A stretch of DNA of 13,484 nt from Deinococcales bacterium (GTDB taxonomy: Bacteria > Deinococcota > Deinococci > Deinococcales > JAAFIG01): the NCBI GenBank assembly GCA_031414595.1, contig JANNVX010000069.1, positions 1 through 13,484 on the forward strand, written 5' to 3'. A model generated the notes under the pieces. That model made no database searches and had not been told where the DNA came from. It saw nothing but the letters and a program-made list of their open reading frames with translations. The translations under genes were made by a program, and so were the position numbers. Of this stretch, positions 1 through 8,233 are shown one piece after another (the first letter of the stretch is position 1; every line of letters begins with the position of its first letter).

Positions 1-73
1 GACAGACACAGGGGTCTGTCCCTACAAAATCCATAAAAATACGTCAGGTAGGGGCGGACCCCCGTGTCCGCCC
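1..73. repeat. GTAG-family REP doublet (REPIN-like)
   Basis: Minus strand 25->1 reads GTAGGGACAGACCCCTGTGTCTGTC. Plus strand 48-73 reads GTAGGGGCGGACCCCCGTGTCCGCCC (GGGCGGAC/GTCCGCCC stem). Both are GTAG + GC hairpin, in inverted orientation, with a 22-bp spacer. Confidence 0.8.
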
Positions 74-79
74 TGTGAC
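1..79. repeat. 79-bp terminal direct repeat (identical to 13406..13484)
   Basis: gacagacaca...ccgccctgtgac at 1-79 matches the last 79 bases exactly. Confidence 0.97.
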
Positions 80-115
80 CAATTGTCTGTTTTTGGTCTA
101 TTTGAAATCAGGAAG

Positions 116-757
116 TTATTCTTGGACAGTTCCTAAGTAAAAATTGCTTAGAAGCGGCGATATAGAACTGCCTTGGGCAATCCCACGTTCTGGAATATGC
201 AGCGCTAAACCGTCTTTGACTGGGGTTTGCAAGACCACCTCGAGTAAATCCAGCACCTTTGCATCCACAAATGGTTCAAGCCGCTCAAGCAGTAAGGAAT
301 GCGAAATCGTATCAAAAAAATCTTTAATGTCAGAGCGAATCACCCACAACCGACCAGCTTTTCGATGCTCGAGTAAGCGGTGGGCAGCCCGAACCGCCCC
401 GTAGCCCTCGCGGTAAGCAAAACTGGCATTGGAATTGGTCGGTGCAAGTTGTCGCGCCAAGGCTTTGCGAATCGCACTCAGGGCTACGCGGTCACGCACA
501 CAAAAAATCGTGATGCCACGTTCGCCGCCATTGTCCTTAACTTGCCAGACTCGTTGGGCAGGACGTGGTGTGTATCTACCATGTTGTAAATCCTGCTCGA
601 GCCGCAAAAGGTTTGTGTCCAAGTCGGCTTCAAAATCCTCAAAGCTCTGACCATCCGAACCTTTGGCTTTGCCTTTACTTTTGGTTTGTTGCCACGCCTC
701 GAGTAAATTCTGAGTAATCTCAGAAAGGGTAATTTTGGCTTGCTCGAGGGTCTGCAT
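116..757 (-). pseudogene. Group II intron-like, CRISPR-associated reverse transcriptase, truncated (213 aa; possibly the N-terminus of an RT-Cas1 fusion)
   Basis: RT motifs present: GSDGQSFEDF (RT0), YTPRPAQRV..KDNGGERGITI..VRDRV, SFAYREG, DIKDFFDTISH, GIAQGSSISPLLSNFYL. The frame ends in element-derived GTVQE* before YADD. True start is likely ATG 757 (AAGGA RBS), not 874. Confidence 0.85.
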
Positions 758-766
758 GGTTTCCTT

Positions 767-841
767 TAGGGCGTTGCACCAATTCTTAGGGCAATTCGAG
801 TTGCACCAATTCCTAGGGCAATTCGAGTTGCACCAATTCCT
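767..841. repeat. 27-bp tandem repeat (2 perfect copies + 1 copy with an internal 7-bp deletion)
   Basis: TAGGGCAATTCGAGTTGCACCAATTCC at 787-813 and 814-840; TAGGGC-GTTGCACCAATTCT at 767-786. Confidence 0.93.
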
Positions 842-1349
842 CAAAGCCTGGCACTGGACGGCGGGCATCGGCATCCCACTTTGGGTTATCTACATAAAAA
901 AGTTGCACATCACAACCCTCGAACTTGAGTTTTAATGCCATCATCGCTAACGCCGCGACCATGGCTTTTGTACCACTGGTGATTTCAAATACAAGGTTCG
1001 CATACGGCAGGGCAATTTGGCGCACAGCTTGGTAAATGGTGTTTGTACCAGCCCGTTCTATCTCGAGGGCATGAATGGTTTGGTTCGGGCAGTACAATCG
1101 TATTTTCTCGAGCAGCGGCAGGGTTTCTTTAGTGCCAAGCAGATAGACATTCTTAGCCCCAATTTTTCTAGCCGCGATAATCACAGGTTCGATGCTTGTG
1201 CCAAGGGTGTGAATGCTTAGGTTTGGAGTCGGGAAAACACTTGGCGTTAGGCTCGAGAAGAGCAAGGGGTGAATCTGCTGCTCGAGGTAGGCTTGGCGGT
1301 CTGGGGCAGGAAGGGTTTTGTAGTGCTGCCAGAGGGTAGGGAGGGTCAT
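813..1349 (-). CDS. CARF-domain-only protein resembling the N-terminal CARF of Thermus-type Csm6 (candidate ring nuclease, or truncated Csm6)
   Basis: Motifs SIHTLGTS, VYLLGT, EITSGTKAM and YVDNPKWDADARRPVPG. Start at ATG 1349 overlaps the upstream stop (ATGA). 178 aa, no HEPN. Confidence 0.8.
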   Translation of the reverse strand: MTLPTLWQHYKTLPAPDRQAYLEQQIHPLLFSSLTPSVFPTPNLSIHTLGTSIEPVIIAARKIGAKNVYLLGTKETLPLLEKIRLYCPNQTIHALEIERAGTNTIYQAVRQIALPYANLVFEITSGTKAMVAALAMMALKLKFEGCDVQLFYVDNPKWDADARRPVPGFEELVQLELP

Positions 1350-1915
1350 TTGGTCAACACCCCCCAATACTCGTAAATGCGTGGCGTTACTGGCATGGAT
1401 TTATGAAAGAGCTTCACAGCTTTCCAATTGTCAAAAACAGCACCAATCTGCACCGCCATCATTGCTGGTCCTTGATAGAAAATAAGTAATTCAGAACAAC
1501 CTAATTCTGAAAGCTCGTTGCGTAACTGTCGAAGCTGTTCAATAAATTTTTGAGTATCTTCTAACGGTTGTATAATCCCCTGTAAGTTAATCGTTTTGAT
1601 GCCATGAACTCTTGTGTTACTTATATCCAAAAAAGTTTTTACATCGTTTTCGATGCTGCTTTGTCCAGGTGATAAGGAAATGGCGAGCGCATAGGGATTT
1701 TGAGTTTGAATCGTTTCCCAAGTATTAAACACTTCTTCATAATTACCAAGGGGTCGCACTTCTCGAGCCGCACGACGTAATCTCAGAGCTTGCTGACGTA
1801 CCATCCACCATGTAGAAACAGCAATTAGGATAGAAACAATGCCAAGGTATACTCCAACAGAATCTAGGAATTTCGTTAAACCTTGCTCTGCTAACCATAA
1901 AGTCCAGTCTTTCAT
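1346..1915 (-). CDS. Transmembrane + SAVED/CARF-like cyclic-oligonucleotide sensor (Cam1-like architecture)
   Basis: N-terminal hydrophobic helix VGVYLGIVSILIAVSTWWMV. C-terminal SAVED-like motifs ALAISLS, LLIFYQGPAMMAVQIG, VKLFH and YEYWGVL. RBS GAGG. Confidence 0.7.
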   Translation of the reverse strand: MKDWTLWLAEQGLTKFLDSVGVYLGIVSILIAVSTWWMVRQQALRLRRAAREVRPLGNYEEVFNTWETIQTQNPYALAISLSPGQSSIENDVKTFLDISNTRVHGIKTINLQGIIQPLEDTQKFIEQLRQLRNELSELGCSELLIFYQGPAMMAVQIGAVFDNWKAVKLFHKSMPVTPRIYEYWGVLTK

Positions 1916-1924
1916 GCTTACCTC

Positions 1925-3076
1925 TTATGTTTTCTGAATTGCAATTTCTAAAACTCCACAAACTTTGCTTACCTTTTCCCAAACAGAATTTCTGATCTGA
2001 TGAACTGCTTGTGGCTTCTTTCCTGCACTTACATGACCAATTTTATTGCGAAGAGGTCGTACTTCTGACCATAAAGCAGCCAATTCTCTTTCCGAATCAT
2101 TCTCTGATAGTTGCCAAGTATCAAAACTTGTTTCTGCTTGTTTTCGAGTTGCATAATCCGAATCTGGCTGAACTCCCAATCGAACGCAAGCAATAGAAAC
2201 CAATGCTTCTCGAGCCGCTAAAATAGCTTGGGTTGGTTGTTGAGTTTCTTGGTAGAAACGCAGCATTGCAAGGGCTTTGGCTAGAAAAGATGCTGGATTA
2301 AATGTTTGCACTCTTCGGTCAATTGAATCAAGTAATAAGCCTAATGGTTGTTGAATTGTTTGAAACGAGGAATCTCGAGGTAAATCCTGTAAATTTTGAC
2401 TTAGTTTTGTTGCTGCTTCAGCAGTTTCATTAGGACGTAATAATTCGAGGGCAGATGTAAAATTATTAAGGTTATTACCAAAATCTATAAGGGTTTTGCT
2501 ACCAATTCTTTTGTTTTCATCAATCAGTAAATTTCTTAGTTCCGCACCGTCTCCATAACTTAAGAAACTATTTCCAGCACTTGCCCAACGCAAAAGCGTT
2601 AGGGTTGGAAGTAAGTCAAATACAGGACGTGGTAATGGTGAAGATTTATCTACAACATCAAAAGCCCCATAATAAACTCCTTTAATGCTTACTTTACGTA
2701 CTACTTGCAAATAACTAGCAGCCACAAACGCGAACAAAGGTTGTGAGCGAAATCCATGTGTAATGTCCAGAATCAATTCAGCTTGCTCTGGAACAGCATC
2801 TATAAGCGCAGAGAATGCAGCCCATAACTCTTGTTCATTTGCACCTGAAGGAATATCAAGAATACATTGTTCTATATTACTAATCTGTTGTTTTAACTCT
2901 CCTTCATGTGTTGCTCGAGCTTCTTTTGTTAAAGCCAGTTTAAGTTCATAGTCAGGAAACCAATTTTGAAGTGCAAGAGGAAAAAATTTAGTTCTAAACG
3001 GAGTAAATGAGCCTAATTCCCATGTGACTTCATCAAGTTTATTTTTCCCAAGGAATGCAAGAATTATTTTTTTCAT
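1925..3076 (-). CDS. csx1: Csx1 family (TM1812-like) CARF-HEPN ribonuclease
   Basis: N-terminal ILAFLG, LDITHGFRSQP and VYYGAFD; C-terminal HEPN RNKIGH (R-X4-H). Lies directly downstream of cmr6. Confidence 0.88.
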   Translation of the reverse strand: MKKIILAFLGKNKLDEVTWELGSFTPFRTKFFPLALQNWFPDYELKLALTKEARATHEGELKQQISNIEQCILDIPSGANEQELWAAFSALIDAVPEQAELILDITHGFRSQPLFAFVAASYLQVVRKVSIKGVYYGAFDVVDKSSPLPRPVFDLLPTLTLLRWASAGNSFLSYGDGAELRNLLIDENKRIGSKTLIDFGNNLNNFTSALELLRPNETAEAATKLSQNLQDLPRDSSFQTIQQPLGLLLDSIDRRVQTFNPASFLAKALAMLRFYQETQQPTQAILAAREALVSIACVRLGVQPDSDYATRKQAETSFDTWQLSENDSERELAALWSEVRPLRNKIGHVSAGKKPQAVHQIRNSVWEKVSKVCGVLEIAIQKT

Positions 3077-3123
3077 GTTACTTCCTTAAGGGCTTTTGCC
3101 GATGCTGATGACAAGGACGGTGT

Positions 3124-4356
3124 TCATGTTGTACCTTCAAGGAGTTCTAAAAACTTTGTATACCAAGACTTTTCTTGTCCGTCACGAATTCCAGATTTTT
3201 TAAGTTCTTCTTCACTAACTAGGCTTATAGCTTTTCGGGCAGTCTCGAGTTTTAGTTGTTTCTCGCACTGTAAATCATTGATTCGTCCAATCAGGTTTGA
3301 TGGTTGTTGCCTAAACATCCGTATTTTTTGTTCATTGTCTAATTCTTCAAGAATAGCTTGAGCTTTCTTATTCTCACGTTCAAGAAGCGCTCGAGCTTGC
3401 TGCTCTGCATCTATTGATGGCTTATCCGACTTAATTTGAATTCGTTCGGATTCTCCAGAGTTGTTTTTGGGAGCTTCTTGTTGAAGGGAAATCAAACGTC
3501 CGTAACCACTCGAGGTTTTTGCGCCTATACCTTCTTTTTCTAATGCCGCAATTAGAATAGTTTGAGTGATTTGTATTTTTTGCGTAGCTTGTATTTTTGC
3601 TTGCTCGAGTTCTTCGGGTTTTGCATTTAGAGTTGTTATCATCAAAGCATTTAAGTATATTACGAATTCGCCCTGAGCGCTTAAAAAAGAGATTGGAACA
3701 GGTTTATCCCAGTCGGCTGGTGGAAAAATTGAATCGTTTTGATTGTTGGTTTTTCCGCCATAGTAATCACTATGATGCGGGGTCATAACATCCTCAAGCA
3801 AATATGACGTGTTTGGTTTGGGTAAAGCATCGTAAAATGTCATTGCTCCACGTTGTGTAGTATCTCCAAAAAATTCTTTATGCAAAGCCTTATCTCTGCA
3901 CCATTCACCTTGCAGGTATTTGTGGGCGTAACTTGCTACCAAACCTTTTATAGCGCTTCCGGGAATGTAGGGTATTCCCCAAGTTCGATGTAATGCTATG
4001 TTGGTCTCGAGAACACCATCAATGCCTAGCCCAACTGCTAAACGACTGGTGTCTGGAGTTCTAGCCTGTGTTTCTTGTGCGCCTAGTTGCTGGAGTGTTT
4101 TGCACCAAATATCAAAAAAAGTTTCGTAGCCTTCTGGTTCAAGATTTTTTTCATCGGCTAATTCTCTAACAAGGGCGGTTTTTTCTTTGACTTCTTTGGT
4201 TCGGTCGGCATCTTTGAGGGTACTACGCATGTACTTGTCAAGCCATAAACCAGCATGACTATCGGTATCAAAAGTCTTTTCAATGGCAATAAGATCATGT
4301 CGCCGCGTTGGTTTAATTTTCAACTGATCTCTTTGAGAACGCTGATATTGTGTCAT
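3124..4356 (-). CDS. cmr6: Type III-B RAMP Cmr6 with a C-terminal extension
   Basis: HAGLWLDKY, RLAVGLG, LHRTWGIPYIPGSAIKG, DVMTPHHSDYY, PADWDKPVPISFL, GIGAKTSSGYG. Confidence 0.95.
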   Translation of the reverse strand: MTQYQRSQRDQLKIKPTRRHDLIAIEKTFDTDSHAGLWLDKYMRSTLKDADRTKEVKEKTALVRELADEKNLEPEGYETFFDIWCKTLQQLGAQETQARTPDTSRLAVGLGIDGVLETNIALHRTWGIPYIPGSAIKGLVASYAHKYLQGEWCRDKALHKEFFGDTTQRGAMTFYDALPKPNTSYLLEDVMTPHHSDYYGGKTNNQNDSIFPPADWDKPVPISFLSAQGEFVIYLNALMITTLNAKPEELEQAKIQATQKIQITQTILIAALEKEGIGAKTSSGYGRLISLQQEAPKNNSGESERIQIKSDKPSIDAEQQARALLERENKKAQAILEELDNEQKIRMFRQQPSNLIGRINDLQCEKQLKLETARKAISLVSEEELKKSGIRDGQEKSWYTKFLELLEGTT

Positions 4357-4730
4357 TCTCTATCCTCCGTATCTGCTTTAACACCCAGTTTGCTTTCTGC
4401 GAATCGTTTGAACCAGACGCAAACCTCGAGACTACGGCGTGTGAGGCGCATATATTCCTGAAGGGGTGCATTGCGTACATCAGTTCCGAATAGCTCAGTG
4501 GTTGTTTGAGGATTTTCAGAAACGACTACACAAAAGTCCTTTAACATTTTTTTCTCTGCTTCTTTAGCTGCTTTAGAATCTGCGAAGGCTAAGGCATGAG
4601 CTAAGCCAGCACTTCGAATCAATACAGGCAATTTATGCGCCCATTTACCGTAGACATCTGCATCAGATGCGCTTTTTTCCGGAACTTTTTCCCAAACGGC
4701 TTTGGCAAGGCGTTGTTTACGACTTTGCAT
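4353..4730 (-). CDS. cmr5: Type III-B small subunit Cmr5
   Basis: KLPVLIRSAGLAHALAF and YMRLTRRSLEVCVWFKRFAE. Start at ATG 4730 (MQSRKQ, AGGTGG RBS), 125 aa. Confidence 0.92.
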   Translation of the reverse strand: MQSRKQRLAKAVWEKVPEKSASDADVYGKWAHKLPVLIRSAGLAHALAFADSKAAKEAEKKMLKDFCVVVSENPQTTTELFGTDVRNAPLQEYMRLTRRSLEVCVWFKRFAESKLGVKADTEDRE

Positions 4731-5610
4731 GGTTGCCACCTGCCTTTGGGGGAAATCGTAATTGACACACACCACGACCTACGCTGGATTTACCTCCAAG
4801 CTGTACAGGAGTTTTCGCTAAGTCCTTAATTTTTTCGAGGATTTCTTGACTGCTTAACAGAGCTTTGGCATTTTCGCCGTTTCTTGAGCGTCGTTCAGAT
4901 ACTGTTTGCACCAAGCCAACCAAAACACTTTCTGTGGGTAGGCTTTCTTCATACCACAATGCCCCTTTTGCCACTGTTTTAGTATCTTCCTCGAGCCTAA
5001 TTCGAGCAGTTACTTCAGTGGCAGTTTCTAGTAAAAACGTCATTGCATCGTCATGAACAACACAAAAACGCTGCTTAAAAAATTCTTTCCAGTCTTCTCC
5101 AAACGCGAGTTTACTCAAATAGTCTGCCCATTCTTCAGCTTGTGCATTTGGTATTAAATCAAGTTCCTCGAGATACACCTTTTTTCCTAATGCTGTTTTC
5201 GTTGCGGTGGCGCAGTCTACTTCATTATTGATAAGCACAGTATTTACTTGTGGTATGTCTTTTTCTCCCACAACTTCGAGATCGCGTACAAATCGCTTTA
5301 ATAAGTAAGGGCTAGTCACATACGCAAATGTTCCTGCAAGGCTTCGCACAGGTAAGCACAACAACCGAGCATCAGTAAATACGGCTGCGCCTGCATTCTC
5401 GAGTTCAAGAGAACCAAAAATAGAGTATTCCTCAAGCATTTTTTGATTCCGAGCTTGTTCACGAAGTACGCCCTTAATACTTGAACCGGGTAAAAATGGA
5501 ATACCTGTAGATTTTTCTTTTGCAATCGGTAGGTCTATCACGTCCACGCCTTGCCCTGTGCCAGCGTGAAGTGGTGAAAGTGCATGAATAAAAACTATTG
5601 TATTGTTCAT
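4717..5610 (-). CDS. cmr4: Type III-B RAMP Cmr4 (target RNA cleavage subunit)
   Basis: HALSPLHAGTG..IDLPI (catalytic Asp present), PGSSIKGVLR, DARLLCLPVRS, GALWYEESLP, QLGGKSSVGRG. Confidence 0.97.
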   Translation of the reverse strand: MNNTIVFIHALSPLHAGTGQGVDVIDLPIAKEKSTGIPFLPGSSIKGVLREQARNQKMLEEYSIFGSLELENAGAAVFTDARLLCLPVRSLAGTFAYVTSPYLLKRFVRDLEVVGEKDIPQVNTVLINNEVDCATATKTALGKKVYLEELDLIPNAQAEEWADYLSKLAFGEDWKEFFKQRFCVVHDDAMTFLLETATEVTARIRLEEDTKTVAKGALWYEESLPTESVLVGLVQTVSERRSRNGENAKALLSSQEILEKIKDLAKTPVQLGGKSSVGRGVCQLRFPPKAGGNHAKS

Positions 5611-7067
5611 TTTAACTCCTTGAGTAAAGCCTGAATGACATCAATCTCGCCATTTAATGGAACGGTTGCTTCCTGCCCAGAGTGAATTTCATAGGCTACA
5701 TGTTGGGTCGGTATTTCCTTTAGTTTAAGTCCATTAGGAGGTATCAGTGGCGTACTTAATGCAATAACCACTACTCCTTGAAAATCTCCATAATGAAAAG
5801 GACGTATGATAATCGGACTGGCTAAACGCTCGTGTTGTCTACCTTCTAGTGTAATGGTGGGAGTTGGTGCGCCAATAAATTGAAAAATAATCGGTAGTCC
5901 TAGCACAGCCCTTGGGAAAACTTCTATGGCTTTTCCATTAGCATCTTTATGCTCATCTAAAGGGTCTCGGTGTCGAAAATGAGAACTGCCCGTAATTTGC
6001 CGAATGGCATCTGCCTCTGTCCATTTACTTCTACCTGGTCGTTGCCCGTTCCCTCTCCCGCGTTGCTGGCGAAATTGTTGATACTTGTTAATCGCATATT
6101 CCCAGTTAGACTTTGGGAAAACGATCTGCGATTTATCAGGAATTCTTGGTATTTCGTTTACGCTTAATCCAATTTTAACATGGGTGTTAAATGCTTGTTC
6201 AAACCAGTCTGAAAATTTTGTCGTAGGTTTTCTAGTGTCAGAAATTGCCCCAAAACCACGTCGAGTTCTCGCGCCAATACCACCAAAAACTTCCCATGCC
6301 CATAATGCCGCTTCTACTTCTTCTTGAATAGATTCACTTTTTAGGAAATAAATCTTGATCTGAAACTCAACACCACTCCAAACACTCCCATGAGGAATTT
6401 CTCCCCATTTATCTCCGTCGTTTCCGTCATGCTCGGGTTTTGTTGTTTCATCTTCTTCGGGGCGCATTGGAAAATACAAATAACTTGGTTCGATTAGGCA
6501 TTTGGTTTTCCATAGCCATTTACTTTTCTTGGGGTCGTCGTCGAATTTATATTCCCAAAATCCCTTAAAAACTTTCAATCGGTTTGCGTTCTCTGTACTT
6601 ATGTCAGTGACTTCTACCTGCACACGACTTTGTGCCAAACGCTTCGTGGCTATTTCAGATTTGGATAAATTATTTATGGTTTCGAGCTTAGACAACTCCT
6701 CTTGCTCTTCGGCAGCCGCTCCCCAAATCCAACCTTCTACAAGCCGTAATTTCTCGATGTCGGTAAACTCACGTTCAATTTTTCCGTTTTTATCACGCTT
6801 ATACTGCAAATCTTGTAATCTAAAATCTGCGATTAGTTTTTTGATGTGTTCATTACTTGCTCGAGCCGCCCGCCACCAAAAACGCAAGTGTCCGCGTATG
6901 CTGGTTGGGCGAATCAGTAGGTTTAGATCATTTTCTCCCGCACGCACACCCCCGCCATACAATGGTGTGAGTAACTTGTAGTGCCGTTGTATGGGGGTGT
7001 TTAGGGCTTGCCTCAGTTGTGTTTTTACTGCTTCTAAGGTCGGAAGTTCTACTGTTGCTCTTGGCAT
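5607..7067 (-). CDS. cmr1: Type III-B RAMP Cmr1
   Basis: LLTPLYGGG, IRPTSIRGHLRFWWRA, FGGIGARTRRGFG, FPRAVLGLPIIFQF, RLASPIIIRP. Confidence 0.95.
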   Translation of the reverse strand: MPRATVELPTLEAVKTQLRQALNTPIQRHYKLLTPLYGGGVRAGENDLNLLIRPTSIRGHLRFWWRAARASNEHIKKLIADFRLQDLQYKRDKNGKIEREFTDIEKLRLVEGWIWGAAAEEQEELSKLETINNLSKSEIATKRLAQSRVQVEVTDISTENANRLKVFKGFWEYKFDDDPKKSKWLWKTKCLIEPSYLYFPMRPEEDETTKPEHDGNDGDKWGEIPHGSVWSGVEFQIKIYFLKSESIQEEVEAALWAWEVFGGIGARTRRGFGAISDTRKPTTKFSDWFEQAFNTHVKIGLSVNEIPRIPDKSQIVFPKSNWEYAINKYQQFRQQRGRGNGQRPGRSKWTEADAIRQITGSSHFRHRDPLDEHKDANGKAIEVFPRAVLGLPIIFQFIGAPTPTITLEGRQHERLASPIIIRPFHYGDFQGVVVIALSTPLIPPNGLKLKEIPTQHVAYEIHSGQEATVPLNGEIDVIQALLKELK

Positions 7068-8233
7068 GGCATATCACCTGCTTTGCTAAGGTCTGGGGTT
7101 GTTAATTTGCCGTTCCATACGCCAAAAACCGCCAGCCCAAAGCCGTCTTTACAAGATTGCTCGTTATCACTGATGGTTTGAAACCAAACCCTTTCTAACC
7201 ATGTTCTGATTTCTTCTTCTTTTCCCTCGAGTTTTATAAAGTACACGCTGCCTGCTGGGGCGAGTCGGCGTGTGGCTTTAGGTTTTCCTGTTGCATAATC
7301 CCAACCACTGACAACTTGTGGTCTGCCTACGGATGCACTTATTAGTGTGTGGGTCTTCTCGAGTAAAAAAGTGGGTTTCCAACCTTTTGTAAAGTAAGCT
7401 GGGGTGAGCAGAATAACCCTACAGTGTTGATGCCCAACAATACTGTTGACCATCGCTTGTACTTGTTCACTACTAAATGCTAGAAACGTTGTGGTGGCTG
7501 TACTCCATGCCGATAAGCGCCGTTCTCCGCCGATACTCCAAAGGTTAGCATTGTGTTGAGGTTCTGGGGCAGTAGTTTGCAAGTGCAGTGCAAGACGTTT
7601 AGCGGTGGATAATTGCTTGTATTTTTCGTCTGGTTTTGGTTTGGGGACATAACGAAACTCAAGGGCGCTGGTGCTGAACAACTGGCTATCTTCGGCGGTT
7701 TGAGAATTCGGTTCAATTTTAACGTGGGTGCGGGTCTCGAGCGTGGGTCCAGCAATACCAAGGTTTTCTGGTTGGATACATTGCTCTGTTGGATTCTCGA
7801 GCCACTTAAAAAAATTGTTCCAATACCAGTATTTGGGCATTCCTTTGGGTTTGCCTTCAAGGTGTTTACTTGTCCCAACGGGTTTGTACTCAAGATTGCA
7901 AATTGTGCTGAGGGCATCGGTGTTGATTGGCAAAAGTGGAAATAGGTTTTTTTCATCAAGCATCAGCGCATCCAGTGGGGCTGGTACAAAAAATGTTTGT
8001 TCGTCAGGGCTGTATAACAATGCCCCAGATACGTCCCATGTTAGTACGTCTGTTGGTTTACTGCTAAATTGCCCAGTTGTATCTGAACCGGCTCGGGTGC
8101 GGATTGCACCTGTCACAGTGCTTGGCAATAGAAAATCCAGTGTTTTGGCACGTTGTCCAGCCTTGAATGGACGACCGTCCCGAGCCAGTAGCGGGTCTCG
8201 AGGTTCGATCAACAATTGATATTTTTGGGTCAT
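7049..8233 (-). CDS. cmr3: Type III-B Cmr3 (Cas5-like)
   Basis: IEPRDPLLARDGRPF, PSTVTGAIRT, IGGERR, LLTPAYF, VSGWD, PAGSVYF, DGFGLAVFG. Confidence 0.95.
   Translation of the reverse strand: MTQKYQLLIEPRDPLLARDGRPFKAGQRAKTLDFLLPSTVTGAIRTRAGSDTTGQFSSKPTDVLTWDVSGALLYSPDEQTFFVPAPLDALMLDEKNLFPLLPINTDALSTICNLEYKPVGTSKHLEGKPKGMPKYWYWNNFFKWLENPTEQCIQPENLGIAGPTLETRTHVKIEPNSQTAEDSQLFSTSALEFRYVPKPKPDEKYKQLSTAKRLALHLQTTAPEPQHNANLWSIGGERRLSAWSTATTTFLAFSSEQVQAMVNSIVGHQHCRVILLTPAYFTKGWKPTFLLEKTHTLISASVGRPQVVSGWDYATGKPKATRRLAPAGSVYFIKLEGKEEEIRTWLERVWFQTISDNEQSCKDGFGLAVFGVWNGKLTTPDLSKAGDMPCQEQQ

Larger units (their letters stand above)
1..133. mobile_element. Right part of MITE-like element, with TIR at 111-133 followed by TAA (134-136)
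   Basis: Reverse complement of 111-133 (GGAACTGTCCAAGAATAACTTCC) matches 13348-13370 (GGATTTGTCCGTAAATAACTTCC) at 18/23 positions. The RT similarity ends exactly at this boundary. Confidence 0.7.

Noticed and set aside
116-757. Retron, DGR or intact group II intron
   Set aside because: No msr/msd, TR/VR pair or intron boundaries were recognised. The gene is in operon context with cas genes and is truncated.
767-841. Mini CRISPR array (units contain GTTGCACC, like some CRISPR repeat starts)
   Set aside because: Units are head-to-tail with no spacers and are copies of the CARF gene's coding 3' end.
758-874. Cys/Trp-rich N-terminal extension of the RT (RNWCNSNCP repeats)
   Set aside because: This is an off-frame reading of the tandem repeat overlapping the CARF gene. 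ATG 757 has its own RBS.
4731-4775. Longer Cmr5 start
   Set aside because: It overlaps cmr4 extensively. ATG 4730 has an RBS and gives a typical Cmr5 N-terminus and length.
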